64,000 nucleotides of DNA from Lytechinus pictus (lineage: Eukaryota): positions 6,822,001-6,886,000 of the forward strand of contig NC_087249.1 in the NCBI RefSeq assembly GCF_037042905.1, in the 5' to 3' direction. Within the stretch, counting starts at the first letter, position 1. The number at the start of each line of letters is the position of its first letter. The translations under genes were made by a program, and so were the position numbers. The notes under the pieces were generated by a model. The model was not told where the DNA came from and did no database searches. It saw nothing but the letters and a program-made list of their open reading frames with translations. Shown here piece by piece: positions 41,001-52,182 of this stretch.

Positions 41001-44000
41001 GTAGATGGATGGATAAATAGATAGGTAGTTAAAAATGATTAAATTGATAAATACATAATTGTGTAAACATGGTACACAAATGAATTAAAATTGGTAGATA
41101 CAATAGGTGAAACCGGCGTTAACGAACATGCTGAAGTAAAACCAGTTCTTTGTCTATTTTCATGACGTATTAAAATTGCACTGATTTCTATTTCATCAGA
41201 ATAACACGGATTCTGATCTTCTTGGAGACATATGCGATAACAACGAGGATGCGTAAGTGGTCTTTTCATATTAACCCGTTTGATAAAATATGAAACTGTC
41301 GCTTTAAAATCGAACATTAGGGGCTCACTGGTTACATTCAGCAGTCATTGAAAATTTATCAAACAACTAGATCCAATTGTCATTAACATCATTGAGTATC
41401 CATACATAGCACTTTCTATAACAATTATTTAAGATAGTAGGAATATTTGTGTTGCAAGGGTGTCAGATAATTAATAGCTCTATTTTTTTTTCAAATAACA
41501 TAATGATAATACAAAAAGTATAAAGCGTTTTATACGGAAGTTTCAAAGCGCTAAGAAAGAAAAAAGAAAGAAGAATATACATGTACAAGAAATCTAGGTA
41601 AAAGAATAACAAAGAAATTTAAAGTGGAATACAATCCTGCATAAGGTTACGGTATGTACGGATTTATTTCCAATTTTGTAGCGAACGTCTTGCCCTATGT
41701 ATCAAAGCTTAGTTAAATGCTACACCTTAGAACTGGAACATAAATACTTGTTGGCATAAATAAAATATTTCATTCTTTGTACAGACCTATGCCTGCACAC
41801 ATGATTTGACAAGTGCTATGATATGATGTACACGCAAATCGGAATTCAACTCCGAATAACGTAACATGACTTGTGTGATAAACATGATAAAACATTTTTC
41901 TTTTGTTGTAACGTTTTGCAGGGATGACGATGGTATTCAAGACAATTTAGACAACTGCCCTAAGATTCCGAATAATCCCCAACTGGACTCTGACGGTGAT
42001 GGCATTGGTAAGATAAAAAAGGAAAAAAAAAATTACATTTATCGACCATTTTCAGTTGGATAAGTTTTTGTTTGCGTTGTAATAGCAGTTGTGACTAAGT
42101 TCATATATACATATTTTGTATCACAATTACGGTTCATTTTATAACTCAGGAAGACAGTGCATATAAGCTAAACTGTTAAAACTTGATTGTTTTTTTCATC
42201 GGGCTATGTAAGAATCAATCAATTGAATTCATCTCCCCCGCTCCCTCTCTCATTCTCAGACTCCCTTTCTTTCTCCCTGTCTCCTTCACATCTATCTCCT
42301 TTTCTCTCCTTTTCTCTCTCATTCTACTCCATCCAAATCTGAAAGGTATATACTGCACGTATAACTTTTAAATTAAAATAGGCATGTGATTTAATGTACA
42401 CCCGTGAATAACATCGTTCCTGTCTACGAGTCGAACATTTTATGTCATTTGTTAATTTCTGCATATCACATAGATCTTCACTTGATAATATTTCATGCTT
42501 GAAACGACTTTGGTTTTATTCTTTTTATCTCCAAAAGGTGATGCGTGCGACGACGATGATGACAACGACGGCGTTTACGACATCGTAGACAACTGCAGAA
42601 TAGTTCCCAACCCGGATCAGGCAGATTTCAATCGTAAGATTTCAAACTTTCTTTATTGCTACCCCCGGGGAACCATTTCATGTCGGCTCCGTAACACAAA
42701 GATTGGCGATCAATCGCTAAATGAAATGACCAATCAATATCAATGTTACACGCGCATTATGTTTAAAATACTGACCAGGGACCAATCAGTGCGGTTCTTT
42801 CATATTTGCAATTCATCGCAAACCTTTGTGTTACGGAGCCCTGCACTGTTAATTTGTTAACCATGTTAAAAGTCGGTCATCTCTGCGTCTCCAACAATCA
42901 CAACCATACATGTTCGTCAGATTTCAGTGGCGTACGGATGTGGGGGGGGGGGGGGGGGGTTGGCGGCGTTTGTCTCCCTCCCCCATCAAAAAAAAATCAC
43001 GAAAAAGAAAAAAATAGCGAAAAGGAAAGAAAATGACAAAAAGAAGGATGAAATATGAAATCATTTTCTGAATATCATGTCAAAATCTATCACAAAATTT
43101 GATTTTTGCCATAAACATTTCGAAATTTACGCTCGCTCGAAACTTTTTTTAATTTTATATATAGATTTTGCCAGATGGCTCGTTACGCCACTGTCAGATT
43201 TGACAGGTTGCCAGACAGATATTGATGAAACGCCACCACAGATCTTTCAGTTTTATGTGTTTTGTTTTTTAATGAAAGCTGACATGATTTGGAAGATTCT
43301 TATTCTCAGACGATTGCTAGTATCATTGCAAGAAAAAGACCAGAAAATTTGATATATTATAGCAATTGAATCGAGTTTTGAACGATTTTGTATTTGACTG
43401 CAAATTTCTTGGAAATGCCTCCTCAGATTTAAAATTAATTATATCCCGTTTGATGATAAAAAGTGTATTCAGATATAAGTTGATAAGCCAACATATTTTG
43501 GCATAAAAACCTATTAAATTTATTTATGTAGGCTTAATATATATTCCTTTACTCATGGGATTTGCTATATATCTTGATCTTTGTTTTTGAACTTCGACTG
43601 GCGAGTTACATTGATTGGAATTTAAAATCCCAAATTTGTGATACATTGAAATAAAACCATCCCATATTGAGTCTGCATTGTTATTTTTGGAAGTGGTAAA
43701 TCTATGATTTTGGTGTCCCCCATTGTACGTGTCACCGATGTAACAATGATTTCGATCATTTTTTATCAATGTATCGTTAAAGAGGAAGGTATCGTATGAC
43801 TCTTTTTATTAATACTCATTTAGTTTCATTTGATTGCTTCGTCGTAAATTCCTTTTATGTTATATTCTGTATTTTTAAACTAGGTATTTACCTAGTTCTA
43901 GATTATTTAAATGTTATTTTAAATGTATGCTTTTGCTCAACTGCAATTATTTTATGTTATTTCTTGTTTGTTTTGTAATATTCTTTCAGATTATGTGTTG

Positions 44001-47000
44001 TGTATAAGTTTCAGAGTATGTTCTTCAAAGGTCCAGTCAACCCCATTTTTGAATAAATAGAGAAAAATCAAATTAGCATAGCACTGAACATTTCATCAAA
44101 ATCGGATGCAAAATAAGAAAGTTATGGCATTTTAATGTTTCGCTTATTTTTCGCAAAACAGTGATATGCACAACTCAGTGACATGCAAATTAGTCAGTCG
44201 ATGATGTCCATCACTCACTACTGTATTTCTTTTGTTTTTTAATTGTTTGAATTATACAATATTTCATTTTTTACAGATTTCACCATAGGGACCGACTTTA
44301 CTGAATCATATAGTATTAAACAATTCCACATGTTCAGGGAGGAATTAATCCCTGTTTCACTTGACAATGAGGAGATAATTAGAATATTTCATATTTCATG
44401 TAATAAAATACAAAAGAAATAGTGAATGACGTCATCACTCTCCTCATTTGCATACTAACCAGGATGTGCATTTAACAGTTTTGCGAAATTAAGAGAAACC
44501 TTAAAATGTCATAACTCTCATATTTTACATCCGATTTTGATGAAAATTTTCAGTGCTGTGCTTGTTGGATTTTTATCTTTTTAGTCAAATAATTTTTTTT
44601 TTTGGGGTAGACTTGTCCTTTAACTGAATAATCAATAAAAACTATTAAAACAAAATATCCGTGACGGATGTGACCATGACTTCAATCATTTTATTCATCA
44701 ATTAATCGTTTAGAGGATGGTATTGGTGACCGATGCGACAGTGATTTTGATCGCGACGGCGTGGATGATCCCTACGATGCTTGCCCAGAGAACCCCAACA
44801 TCTTCAGCACCGATCTCCGAACCTACCAGACAGTCGTCCTAGATCCTGAAGGCGAGGCCCAAGTCGACCCCAAGTGGATCGTCTTTGACGAGGTATGAGT
44901 CATTCTTTGACTAAATTTGGCGAGGTTTTGTGGTCCATGGTGATCATTGACGTAATCCGTGACGTCATGCTATGTAAGTGGGGGATATGAAACAATAGAT
45001 CAGCCTCTTTGAACAATAGTTTCATCGCTCGGATTTATGCCCCTGATCGTGATAGCGAATCGTGGTCATAATGTCAATTGCAAGGTACCAGGTTCATATC
45101 CCCATCTGTAGTTTTTGGTTTAGACACCATTTTATTAGCATTCTGTACCCCAGATGTTAATAGGTTTCTTCTAATTTTATGATTCGGATATTGAATATTA
45201 AATAGGATGCCCCTAACATTTGCAGACCTTTAAATGGAACTGGGCCTGTGTGATTGATAATCTTCAATGGATTTCAACAAAATACGTTGAACATTTTTTT
45301 TCGGCAACAAAACAGCGTTAATGATATCCTATATATCAACAATGATATAACACTGTTTTGCCATAGTTTTTTAATTTATAAGTTTTAATGGCATAATTTT
45401 GTTGGCCAGAGTTTTTTAATGGCAAAATGTTTATGCGACGGGTCCTACATGGGTGTTTACCCATCAACATTGTAATAATGCTTTCCGTCACTCTTATCAG
45501 GTTCGAATCTTATGACATTCTACTCAGTGACACCTAGCTCAGTAAATCCATTATAGCACTATCCCCTGTAAGACGACGGGACAGATCCATTGACCGATCC
45601 CCAAAACATGCATGTATCGTACGTACAAGTACTGCAATTCATTTTCACGTCAGTGTTCCGTGTCAACAAATAATCTATGCCCGATTTTAAAAAGATACAA
45701 AAGACAATTATTATCATTATTTAGATGAATGTTACATTTATTATTTGAATGGGAGAAAAATATTCTGAATGGAGTATGCTGAAACATGTGTTTGTATAAT
45801 TCACATTAGTTTACTTTCGTAAACGTGCAAGTTTTCCTTTATTGTAAATAAATTGCCAATTGGGGCCAAAAATATGGGGAAAATAATATATTCCCATGAA
45901 ATTTACAGCCTGACTTCGTAAGGGACTGAAAGATTTATTTAGATTCTTATATTCATAACAGGAATTATTTATTCTTTTTTTTTTTGCTCTCCCCTCAGGG
46001 TCGTCAGATCATGCAGACCATCAACAGCGATCCGGGACTCGCCATTTCCTACCAGGCCTTTGACGGGGTGGACTTCGAAGGGACCTTCTACGTCAACACC
46101 CGAACGGATGATGACTTCGCAGGCTTTGTCTTCGGATACCAGGACTCGGCTAGCTTCTACGTTCTGATGTGGAAGCAAGGTCCGCAGACCTACTGGGAGG
46201 CCGCCCCCTTCAGGGCCGTTGGTGAACCGGGTTTCCAGCTGAAGGTGAGATGCTCGATTTAAAATAAAAAAAAACAGGGAAAAAGTACTCCAATTGTTAC
46301 ACAAGGGGGGGGGGTGATTGAACAACGCGGAATGAATTCTACAACGAAGAAAATGCATTGAAAATGCAATGCAAATCACAATAAAGTCTTCGTCGACACG
46401 GTGGAGGGTCGGTGAACCGGAACGGCAGTTTCGTCCGACTTTTCAGAGCTGACGAAAAATCGAAAATATGTCGCTTGTCCAGAGTGACGGACGGAACTGC
46501 TGTTTCGATTAACCGACCCTCGACAAATACTTCATTGCCATCAAGGGTATTTGATAATAGATTCCGTATGCTCCAAAAAGCGTCTGAGTAGATCTTGTTC
46601 ATCACAGTCTTTAAAAACATGTGTATGAATGTCTTTTTGATGATAGTGCGGTCTTCAGACATCGTAATTAATGTGGTTCGGTCTACCGTGTCCCAAACCG
46701 TATCCAATCACTCCAAGATCAATTGTTTTATAATAGCTGTTTTAGGTACCGCTGCAGGATAATTGCGTTCAAACTCCAATCAAGAGAAGACATAAACCGC
46801 AAGTCCCCAATACACGTTTTTTTTAAATTTGTTGAAAATCAAGGCCAAGTCTAAAATACACGCTTGTGATTGGTTGGTTTAAATCAAGTTGCGTTTGATT
46901 TCAACCCTTTTTGCAACGGGCCCCTGGTAAACGTTTTTTTGTGCGCTTACGAGACATACTTCCAAGATTAATGAGAAAAAATAGGAAATAATACACATTT

Positions 47001-50000
47001 CCTTACAGTTACGACTGTATGGAAATCCATCTATACTATAATTTTTTTCCTTAAACAAAAAGAATCGCACTGCATCATCAGGAGAACACGATGGATCATA
47101 GAAAGAAAATATTCTGAACAAATTTGCATTCTAGATGTTGACTTTGCTGGCCATCCATAGTTGTGGTTGATCGGATCAGTCAAAACTCTTTGTAAGACGG
47201 GGCCCTGTAATTTATTTCCACATTTCCACTCGACCCGCTCTCCGAAAACCGGGATCGGTACCGTATTTAATGTGCAGGGGGTCTTCGCCCTTGCCTTTCA
47301 GTTTAGAATTCCACCGATCGCTGTATCATAGACCTTCTAGAACTGACGACTCTGTTCTCTCATTTCAGGTTATCAAGTCGGATACTGGCCCAGGCGAGAT
47401 GATGAGAAACGCTCTATGGCATACAGGAGATACGCCGGGACAGGTAGGTGGCTTCAGTTTTCAGGAGGCCGTTTTCGATCGTTATCCTGCGAGTTTTCAT
47501 CAAACGTCTGTACTGCCACATCAACAAATGATGGCCATTAAGTTTTGTATTTAATAAGCATGACAAGACTGTCGAAATTGTATCCATTCGAGCAGGAAAT
47601 AAGCAAAAAGAGTGTCGGAGGTATCCTTCAAACAAATTTTAGAATGTCCTAGATGAAACTTTAAGTTGGTACAAGTTGCATCATAAGACAATAAGAAGAC
47701 AAGGTTGACCGACAGAAAAATTAGACGTTTTAGCAATCACTTAGCAGACGCTCTCTATAACGCAGAAAATCTTTGTCAAAAGCCCTTCAAGTCAAGTCAA
47801 AACAGCAGTGTCGTCCTGGACTCAGGGCAAATGACATATTTGCACTTTTTTTTCGTTCGGTCTGAATCTTAAGACTATGTGCTGTCCCGGTCCAGCAACT
47901 TTAGACAATGACCTCTAATCTGTCCATTGTGGTTTGACGGGCATTTTTAATAGATTCTAAACGTTGCAGAAAGCGTCTGCGAAGTGGATGCTGAAATACG
48001 CTATTTTTGCCTAGTCAAAGAAATTATGATACCCAGTTACAAGGTATTCTCATTTCCTTCTGATCTGGGTCCAGTTTCATCAAGATTTTAACAAATTCAA
48101 AATTTCTATAAGAAAAAAATTATCAGCCAATCAGATTGGAGTAGTTCAGTAGCTTATAACTGTTTGTTATTGTAACAAGTTTTATGAAACGGATCCCTGA
48201 TGGAACAAGGGAGCTGAAACCCTTCAAATGAAACTTAATATTTTTTTCAATTCAATTCATTTATTTTCTCTTTCAATCTTTTTACATTTACAATGATAGT
48301 TCAATGTACATATTTACAAAATATAACATTTAAATCATTTTTTATAATACAATAATACCATGAAATCGAAAGGGAAGGAGACCAACTAAAAAGCAGAGCT
48401 TGTAGGGTAAAAGCAGGGCTTGTAGGGTTAGCGTCTGCTAACGAATAAAAAGCGGATTTTGCACCTATGCTTGTCATTTTAAAAAGTGTTAACGTCACTG
48501 CTTCTGTAAACGGGCATTTGGGTTTATTTCGACTTTTTTTAGGGGGGGATATGTGATGAGTTGATTCCATGACATTTTCTACGTTTTCGTTTTTTAAATT
48601 TTTAGGCACGTCTTCTTTGGAAGGATCCAAATAACCATGGTTGGAAGGATCACGTGGCCTACAGGTGGAGGGTCATACACAGACCTTCCATAGGACTCAT
48701 TAGGTAAGTCACATGACTCATTAGGTACGAGAAACAATGAGCCATCTTCTCCAGAGAAACTACGTTTGTTTTATTGACTCTTGCGATATATTTTCAATGC
48801 ACATGCCTGTACTGCTGATGGAAAAAAAGATATATGTTACAGGTTTTAAGGCCACCATGAATCTTACAAAAGGTCCACAATCCAATTTTGAAACAAATCG
48901 CAGTGTGCTTATTTTGTGAAAATGTGAGAATGTGAGATTTTAGATTCAAGTTAACTGAAAAAATACTTATATAACAATTTTGGATGATTGCAAGCCTTTA
49001 TTTTGAAATAAAGGCTAAATTAGTTCTGAATCGTAAACAAATGTACGATTGCCATGACGTCATTATGACTAGATTTTAAATAATAACATGGAAATCTTGA
49101 TAAAGTACATTCATTTTCCAATATTTTCCTATTTCCCCCGATTTTCCCAATAGTTTCCTTACATAATTATGTCCGATATTTTCATTATCATTTTTTCCCC
49201 GATATTTTTTTTTTCAGAGTAAAGTTGTACGAAGCAGACACGTTGGTGGCTGACTCCGGGTTCCTCCGGGACACGACGATGAGAGGAGGAAGGATTGGTT
49301 TGTTCTGCTTCTCACAAGAAGATATCATCTGGGCCAGAATAACCTACAAATGTAACGGTAAGTCAATCATGTCAACATTGGCACCCGTGCCAGAACGTAA
49401 ATAGATGAATATAAGGGTTGCAACAATAGTCAGGGTTTGCAAGGAGAATAAGTTTATGCTGAGACCTTAGATGTGATTTTTAAACATTTGGTAAATCCAA
49501 TTCAATCAATCCAATCCACTAAAACAATACATAATTAAACACCTAAGAATGATCAGCTCAATCCATGCAATTCATTGCCCTCTTAGTAAAATAGACGAAA
49601 TTGATTGTAAAAGCATTTATAAAAGATTGGGAAAGACCAGTCGTTGACTGGTCGCAACTTTGACACCCGTTTCTTTTTTTTTTTCAGATTCAGATTTCAT
49701 ATTTTTGGGGTTCTTTTTTATATCATTATCTGAAGGGGCTCTTACACCGTCCCCGTAACACAAAATGTTAGTGATTGATCTCTAATTTGAAAGAACAATT
49801 CTGATTGGTTCCTAGTCAGTCAACTGACCAAAGTGCGCATGCAAAGATGATCTTGATAGGCCACTTCATTTAGCGATCACTCGCTGACCTTTGTGTTACG
49901 GTGTGTCGTTTCATCCAGCGCATGGCGACGTACTGTACGTGATCAAGTCGTTTTTTGTGTCTAATATCTTAATATCAATCTCTTTCTATTCTTTATATCA

Positions 50001-50508
50001 AGAATAGCATTTTGTCAACAACACAAAATATCATTATAAAAATCATTTGTGGCAAGGAATTTGGTTTACGAAAACGACATGCCGTAACTTACGTACGTCG
50101 GCAAAACCTGGCCATTGCATGTTCAGGGTGTCGTTTCATAAAGCTGTTCGTAAGTAAAGGATAATTTGTAGAACGACTGGCGATCCTTTCTTGTGGTAAC
50201 TGATATTTACCATTATATGTTCATTGGTAATTATTTAGCGCGGTTCACCAGTTCACCAGTCGTTCTTAAAAGTCGCTCTTAACTTAAGAACAGCTTTATT
50301 AAGCACCCATCCGGTGCCAGAGTCCCTTTTGGGAGTCCTTCATGTGTACTTTCATGCCATTATCTTTTTTTAATAATAAGAACCTATTTTCCTCCCCGTT
50401 GATGGGCCCTAGTATGTTATAATTCTATAATCATGAAATATCAGCTCTTAACTCTGCAAATTTATTGTTCTGTTGACAGATAATATACCGGAGGGCGTGG
50501 TCTTCTGA
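10796..50508 (+). CDS. TSP-B: Thrombospondin subgroup B (TSP3/TSP4/COMP-like), spliced CDS of 23 coding exons, ~979 aa
   Basis: Manual splice assembly with consistent phases: 10796-10874, 21393-21725, 22190-22455, 23677-23785, 24504-24586, 29326-29377, 30927-31078, 33580-33720, 35287-35361, 36556-36708, 37244-37348, 37885-37992, 39483-39645, 40264-40382, 41200-41252, 41922-42007, 42538-42633, 44714-44892, 45999-46244, 47369-47443, 48606-48703, 49218-49357, 50480-50508 (sum 2940 nt). Diagnostic motifs: [20 protein letters not shown] type-3 repeats, [36 protein letters not shown]. No TSP type-1 repeats or vWC domain. Confidence 0.95.
13955..14125. mobile_element. Short palindromic MITE (second copy 50127-50310)
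   Basis: gtttcataaagctgttcgta…tacgaacagctttatgaaa arms; inner arms aagagcgactttaagaacgactggtga / tcaccagtcgttcttaaagtcgctctt. Confidence 0.8.
17368..17725. repeat. ~138-bp tandem repeat, ~2.5 copies
   Basis: gaggagatgaggacagggcgtgtc at 17482 and 17620. Confidence 0.85.
19862..19944. repeat. (AAT)n microsatellite
   Basis: Direct inspection. Confidence 0.95.
19948..20240 (+). mobile_element. tRNA-derived SINE
   Basis: A-box TGGCCCAGTGG, B-box GGTTCGAATCC, same core, (TAT)n tail. Confidence 0.9.
20245..20518 (-). mobile_element. tRNA-derived SINE, inverted relative to its neighbour
   Basis: Reverse complement of the same head and core (…gggattcgaacccacgaccctctgtttcaaagtc…ccactgggccacgacgctccac). 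Confidence 0.9.
21393..21725 (+). CDS. TSP-B: TSP-B exon: N-terminal laminin-G/TSPN domain part 1 ([11 protein letters not shown]...NGGK)
   Basis: ttttacag acceptor, open frame with coding-like codon use, T|gtatgt donor. Confidence 0.88.
22190..22455 (+). CDS. TSP-B: TSP-B exon: laminin-G domain part 2 (…[11 protein letters not shown]…LTLYVDC…)
   Basis: LamG hallmarks DGxWH and LYVDC; ttgcag acceptor, AAG|gtagga donor. Confidence 0.93.
22840..23025 (-). mobile_element. Partial SINE of the same family
   Basis: ggtacccatttacctcacttgggttgaatgcagcacaatgtgg…ccacgaccctctgtttcaaagtc. Confidence 0.75.
23677..23785 (+). CDS. TSP-B: TSP-B exon: end of LamG domain ([11 protein letters not shown]…)
   Basis: GxxQNxxFV motif typical of the TSPN end; atgcag / T|gtaaga boundaries. 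Confidence 0.9.
24504..24586 (+). CDS. TSP-B: TSP-B exon: oligomerisation coiled coil, first half (…[23 protein letters not shown])
   Basis: Heptad pattern, ttctttcaaag acceptor, CAA|gtaagt donor, phases fit. Confidence 0.85.
24950..25755 (-). repeat. Degenerate copies of the same 32-bp minisatellite in the opposite orientation
   Basis: Examples: TATTCGTCACCCTCACCAAGTCG at ~25358 and ATATTCGTCACCAATACCAAGTCG at ~25516. Confidence 0.8.
25765..28950 (+). repeat. ~32-bp minisatellite (consensus GGTGAGGGTGACGAATATGCTAGACTCGTYTT), ~100 copies
   Basis: Unit directly visible throughout; lies in the intron that splits the coiled-coil exons. Confidence 0.95.
29326..29377 (+). CDS. TSP-B: TSP-B exon: coiled-coil end with CxxC ([17 protein letters not shown])
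   Basis: Matches the subgroup-B pentamerisation signature E…L+xT+xxCxxC; aacag / G|gtaagt. Confidence 0.92.
30296..30331. repeat. (CA)n microsatellite
   Basis: Direct inspection. Confidence 0.95.
30927..31078 (+). CDS. TSP-B: TSP-B exon: EGF1 ([12 protein letters not shown]…[20 protein letters not shown])
   Basis: Typical TSP EGF; ends at a non-canonical GAG|gcaagt donor. Confidence 0.93.
31632..32222. mobile_element. TTAA-flanked MITE with ~200-bp imperfect TIRs (TTAAAGGAGAATGAAAC…GTTTCATTCTCCTTTAA), nested in an older repeat
   Basis: Long inverted arms (…ccattggcaatgcgaccaagatctgtgatgtcacacacgtacaactc… versus its reverse complement). Confidence 0.88.
32550..33545 (+). mobile_element. 5'-truncated CR1-group LINE (ORF2 C-terminus 32550-33126 plus AT-rich 3' UTR)
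   Basis: LNWKDHC…IGIVKRNF…[20 protein letters not shown]…LERIQNR…PTLEARRK…[15 protein letters not shown] is the post-RT region of CR1/L2-group LINEs; ends at AATAAA 33534. Confidence 0.88.
33580..33720 (+). CDS. TSP-B: TSP-B exon: EGF2 ([29 protein letters not shown]…RNRQ)
   Basis: Ca-binding EGF with the TSP-B-type GxGxxxAxxNxQ insert; canonical AG/GT. Confidence 0.93.
33800..34720 (+). mobile_element. Non-autonomous AcademH-like DNA transposon with RecQ-helicase fragment
   Basis: Termini TAG…CTA; ~41-bp TIR (TAGCCTCTTGTCGAGGCCCTG.CGGCTGCTT.CCGAGCGAA) plus a second inverted block (33876-33901 / 34615-34640); perfect 9-bp TSD CGAACTGTC (33791-33799, 34721-34729). Confidence 0.85.
34038..34235 (+). 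pseudogene. RecQ-family (SF2) helicase N-terminal fragment inside the Academ-like element
   Basis: …[36 protein letters not shown] = RecQ motif 0 (Q) plus motif I/Walker A (normally PTGxGKS); similarity stops right after motif I. Confidence 0.85.
35287..35361 (+). CDS. TSP-B: TSP-B exon: EGF3 first half ([25 protein letters not shown])
   Basis: cbEGF consensus DINEC; canonical boundaries. Confidence 0.93.
36556..36708 (+). CDS. TSP-B: TSP-B exon: EGF3/EGF4 ([20 protein letters not shown]…CHPKAECI…YTCE)
   Basis: Cys spacing of TSP EGFs; cgcag / GAG|gtgggt. Confidence 0.93.
37244..37348 (+). CDS. TSP-B: TSP-B exon: EGF4 end and type-3 start ([23 protein letters not shown]…CRA)
   Basis: GWAGxG and DTDLDGFPD motifs conserved in thrombospondins. 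Confidence 0.95.
37885..37992 (+). CDS. TSP-B: TSP-B exon: type-3 repeats ([31 protein letters not shown]…)
   Basis: PNSGQE motif; canonical splice sites. Confidence 0.95.
39483..39645 (+). CDS. TSP-B: TSP-B exon: type-3 repeats including RGD ([11 protein letters not shown]…[12 protein letters not shown])
   Basis: Type-3 consensus; RGD encoded at 39609-39617. Confidence 0.95.
40264..40382 (+). CDS. TSP-B: TSP-B exon: type-3 repeats (…DNCELVPN…[20 protein letters not shown])
   Basis: Type-3 consensus; canonical sites. Confidence 0.95.
40388..41025. repeat. Compound (GATA)n/(GA)n/(GGTA)n microsatellite
   Basis: Direct inspection. Confidence 0.95.
41200..41252 (+). CDS. TSP-B: TSP-B exon: type-3 repeat ([17 protein letters not shown])
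   Basis: DxDLxGDxCD motif; phase 2 donor gtaagt. Confidence 0.92.
41922..42007 (+). CDS. TSP-B: TSP-B exon: type-3 repeat ([28 protein letters not shown])
   Basis: Type-3 consensus; phases fit. Confidence 0.95.
42538..42633 (+). CDS. TSP-B: TSP-B exon: type-3 repeat ([28 protein letters not shown]…)
   Basis: [12 protein letters not shown] is the highly conserved COMP/TSP motif. Confidence 0.96.
42684..42840. mobile_element. Short MITE (GGCTCCGTAACACAAAG TIR); related copy ~49750-49902
   Basis: Perfect 17-bp terminal inverted repeat. Confidence 0.75.
42925..43193. mobile_element. hAT-like MITE with 8-bp TSD
   Basis: TIR CAGTGGCGTA…TACGCCACTG; TSD TCAGATTT at 42917-42924 and 43194-43201. 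Confidence 0.85.
44026..44623. mobile_element. T2/Kolobok-like MITE, copy of 1701-2320
   Basis: Colinear similarity along its length; ends …gacttgtcctttaa. Confidence 0.8.
44714..44892 (+). CDS. TSP-B: TSP-B exon: last type-3 repeat and start of C-terminal domain (…DACPENP…[19 protein letters not shown]…)
   Basis: [13 protein letters not shown] motif. Confidence 0.96.
45999..46244 (+). CDS. TSP-B: TSP-B exon: L-lectin C-terminal domain ([15 protein letters not shown]…[13 protein letters not shown]…QLK)
   Basis: Near-invariant TSP C-terminal sequence. Confidence 0.97.
47369..47443 (+). CDS. TSP-B: TSP-B exon: C-terminal domain ([25 protein letters not shown])
   Basis: [15 protein letters not shown] motif. 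Confidence 0.97.
48606..48703 (+). CDS. TSP-B: TSP-B exon: C-terminal domain ([33 protein letters not shown])
   Basis: LLWKDP..GWKD..YRW…HRP motif. Confidence 0.97.
49218..49357 (+). CDS. TSP-B: TSP-B exon: C-terminal domain ([14 protein letters not shown]…[26 protein letters not shown])
   Basis: RGGR.G.FCFSQE.IIW motif. Confidence 0.97.
50480..50508 (+). CDS. TSP-B: TSP-B last coding exon (DNIPEGVVF*)
   Basis: ttgacag acceptor gives CN-D-x-IPE, as at the end of vertebrate TSP-B proteins; TGA at 50506-50508. Confidence 0.85.
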
Positions 50509-52095
50509 GGGGTCGATGACGTCACAGTCCTTACAAGACGACTTCCCGACAATATGAATCTTACAGTCAAGCCAACTTTGTTTGTTGAACAAAGAACAAA
50601 AAGTAAACGGAATGAAAAGTAAAACTTCATTCATGAACTTTGAAAGATACTTGAAATAGAGTATATGAACAAGAGGCAAACGACACTTTTCGTGACAATT
50701 TTGTATAAAATTTGTCCTGATGTGGGTCGTTGATTAAACAAAATTTATATGATGAATGCGAGGAAAGAAGAATTAACAGTACTTTATTCTTGGCTTAAAA
50801 ACTTTTACATGCATTCAGGTCGAATGCGTTGAATAAAAAAGAAGAGATTCTTATTCAGAATGTAAGTTTCAAATCCAAAATTTGTATTCTTCATTAATCT
50901 TTGTTTTCTTTTGGGATCGTTTTCCACTTACCCTACTACTGTTTGTCTTCCGTACTCGAGTAAAATATTATTTGATTTATTAATTAATGCCTTCTTTCAT
51001 TGAAATTTAAGTACAAATATTTGCGTAACAGCACAAGTTTTCTATCAGTTCTTTTTTCTAGAGTAAAGGTAGATTAATTTAATGGGATATTTCAATGTCT
51101 TTAATATCAATCTCGTCATTTAATCGAAAATAAAATTTGATACGTAGTTTGTATTGACTTTGGAGTGTTCAATTTTTGTATATGTAATTATAGGAACGAG
51201 TTTTTAATTGGTTATGCATTAATGTACAAACAATATATAATTGATGAACCTTGGTTTTACTCCAGATCAAGCAGCAAATTTTGTTCTTATCAAAACATTT
51301 TAAGAAGTATTTTTATTTTTTACTGTGAGTACTTTTATAAAACTTAAGATTATAGATAGGATCCAGCCATGAATATTAAATTAAGTTATTAAATGAAAAT
51401 AATCACGGAGGTCATAAAATAATTTTTGATATTCATATATATTTTTTATCGTGCAATTGTTGAGTTTTACTTTGTTATTATAAGTACAGGTGTATAAGTA
51501 GGGCAGGGTTTTAAGTGACAATTTGTTTGTGACTATTAATTAAGTTATGGATTAAATTTGTTTATTATACATTTTGTACATACGTTTGAGAATGATTAGA
51601 CAATGTAAATGTGCATGTGTTTGTGTTAAAACTAGCTTTAATGACACTCATTGATACTTCAAATGATTTTCAGTAATTGCTTTGAGACGTATTTGGATGG
51701 TCAGAACAAGTGAAAAAGGAAAATAAAGTTTTCGGAATTTTGTAAACATTTCGCATCGTATTAAACTTAGCTTAAACTACAAACGCAAGTTGAACACTGG
51801 AAACACATATTTTTTATATCATAATATTGACATGTACTTTATGAAATGTACATAGTGCTCAAAATAATCATTTTCGAAGCGCGTATTGATGTAAATCAAT
51901 ACAGATGAAATCAAATATTTCTATTCCGAACATTAAAAGGGCCCATTTTGACTCTATCTATTTTGACTTCTGATATAAACAATACTGTATAAATCATTTT
52001 ATTATGCATATGAATGTTAAAAATGACTGATTGATTTGTAATTATATTTGTGATATTTACAAAATAAATAAAAACATATAAAGTTAATTCCAACA
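50509..52095 (+). other. Probable 3' UTR of TSP-B with overlapping AATAAA signals at 52063-52072
   Basis: AT-rich, repeat-free stretch; tandem AATAAA followed by a T-rich downstream element. Earlier AATAAA sites also exist. Confidence 0.5.
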
Positions 52096-52182
52096 AAAGT
52101 TAAATTGCAAGATTTTTATTTATGTATATTTTTTTCATTTGCATGTTTCATTGCTTCTTTTACTCAGATATCATAATGTTAC

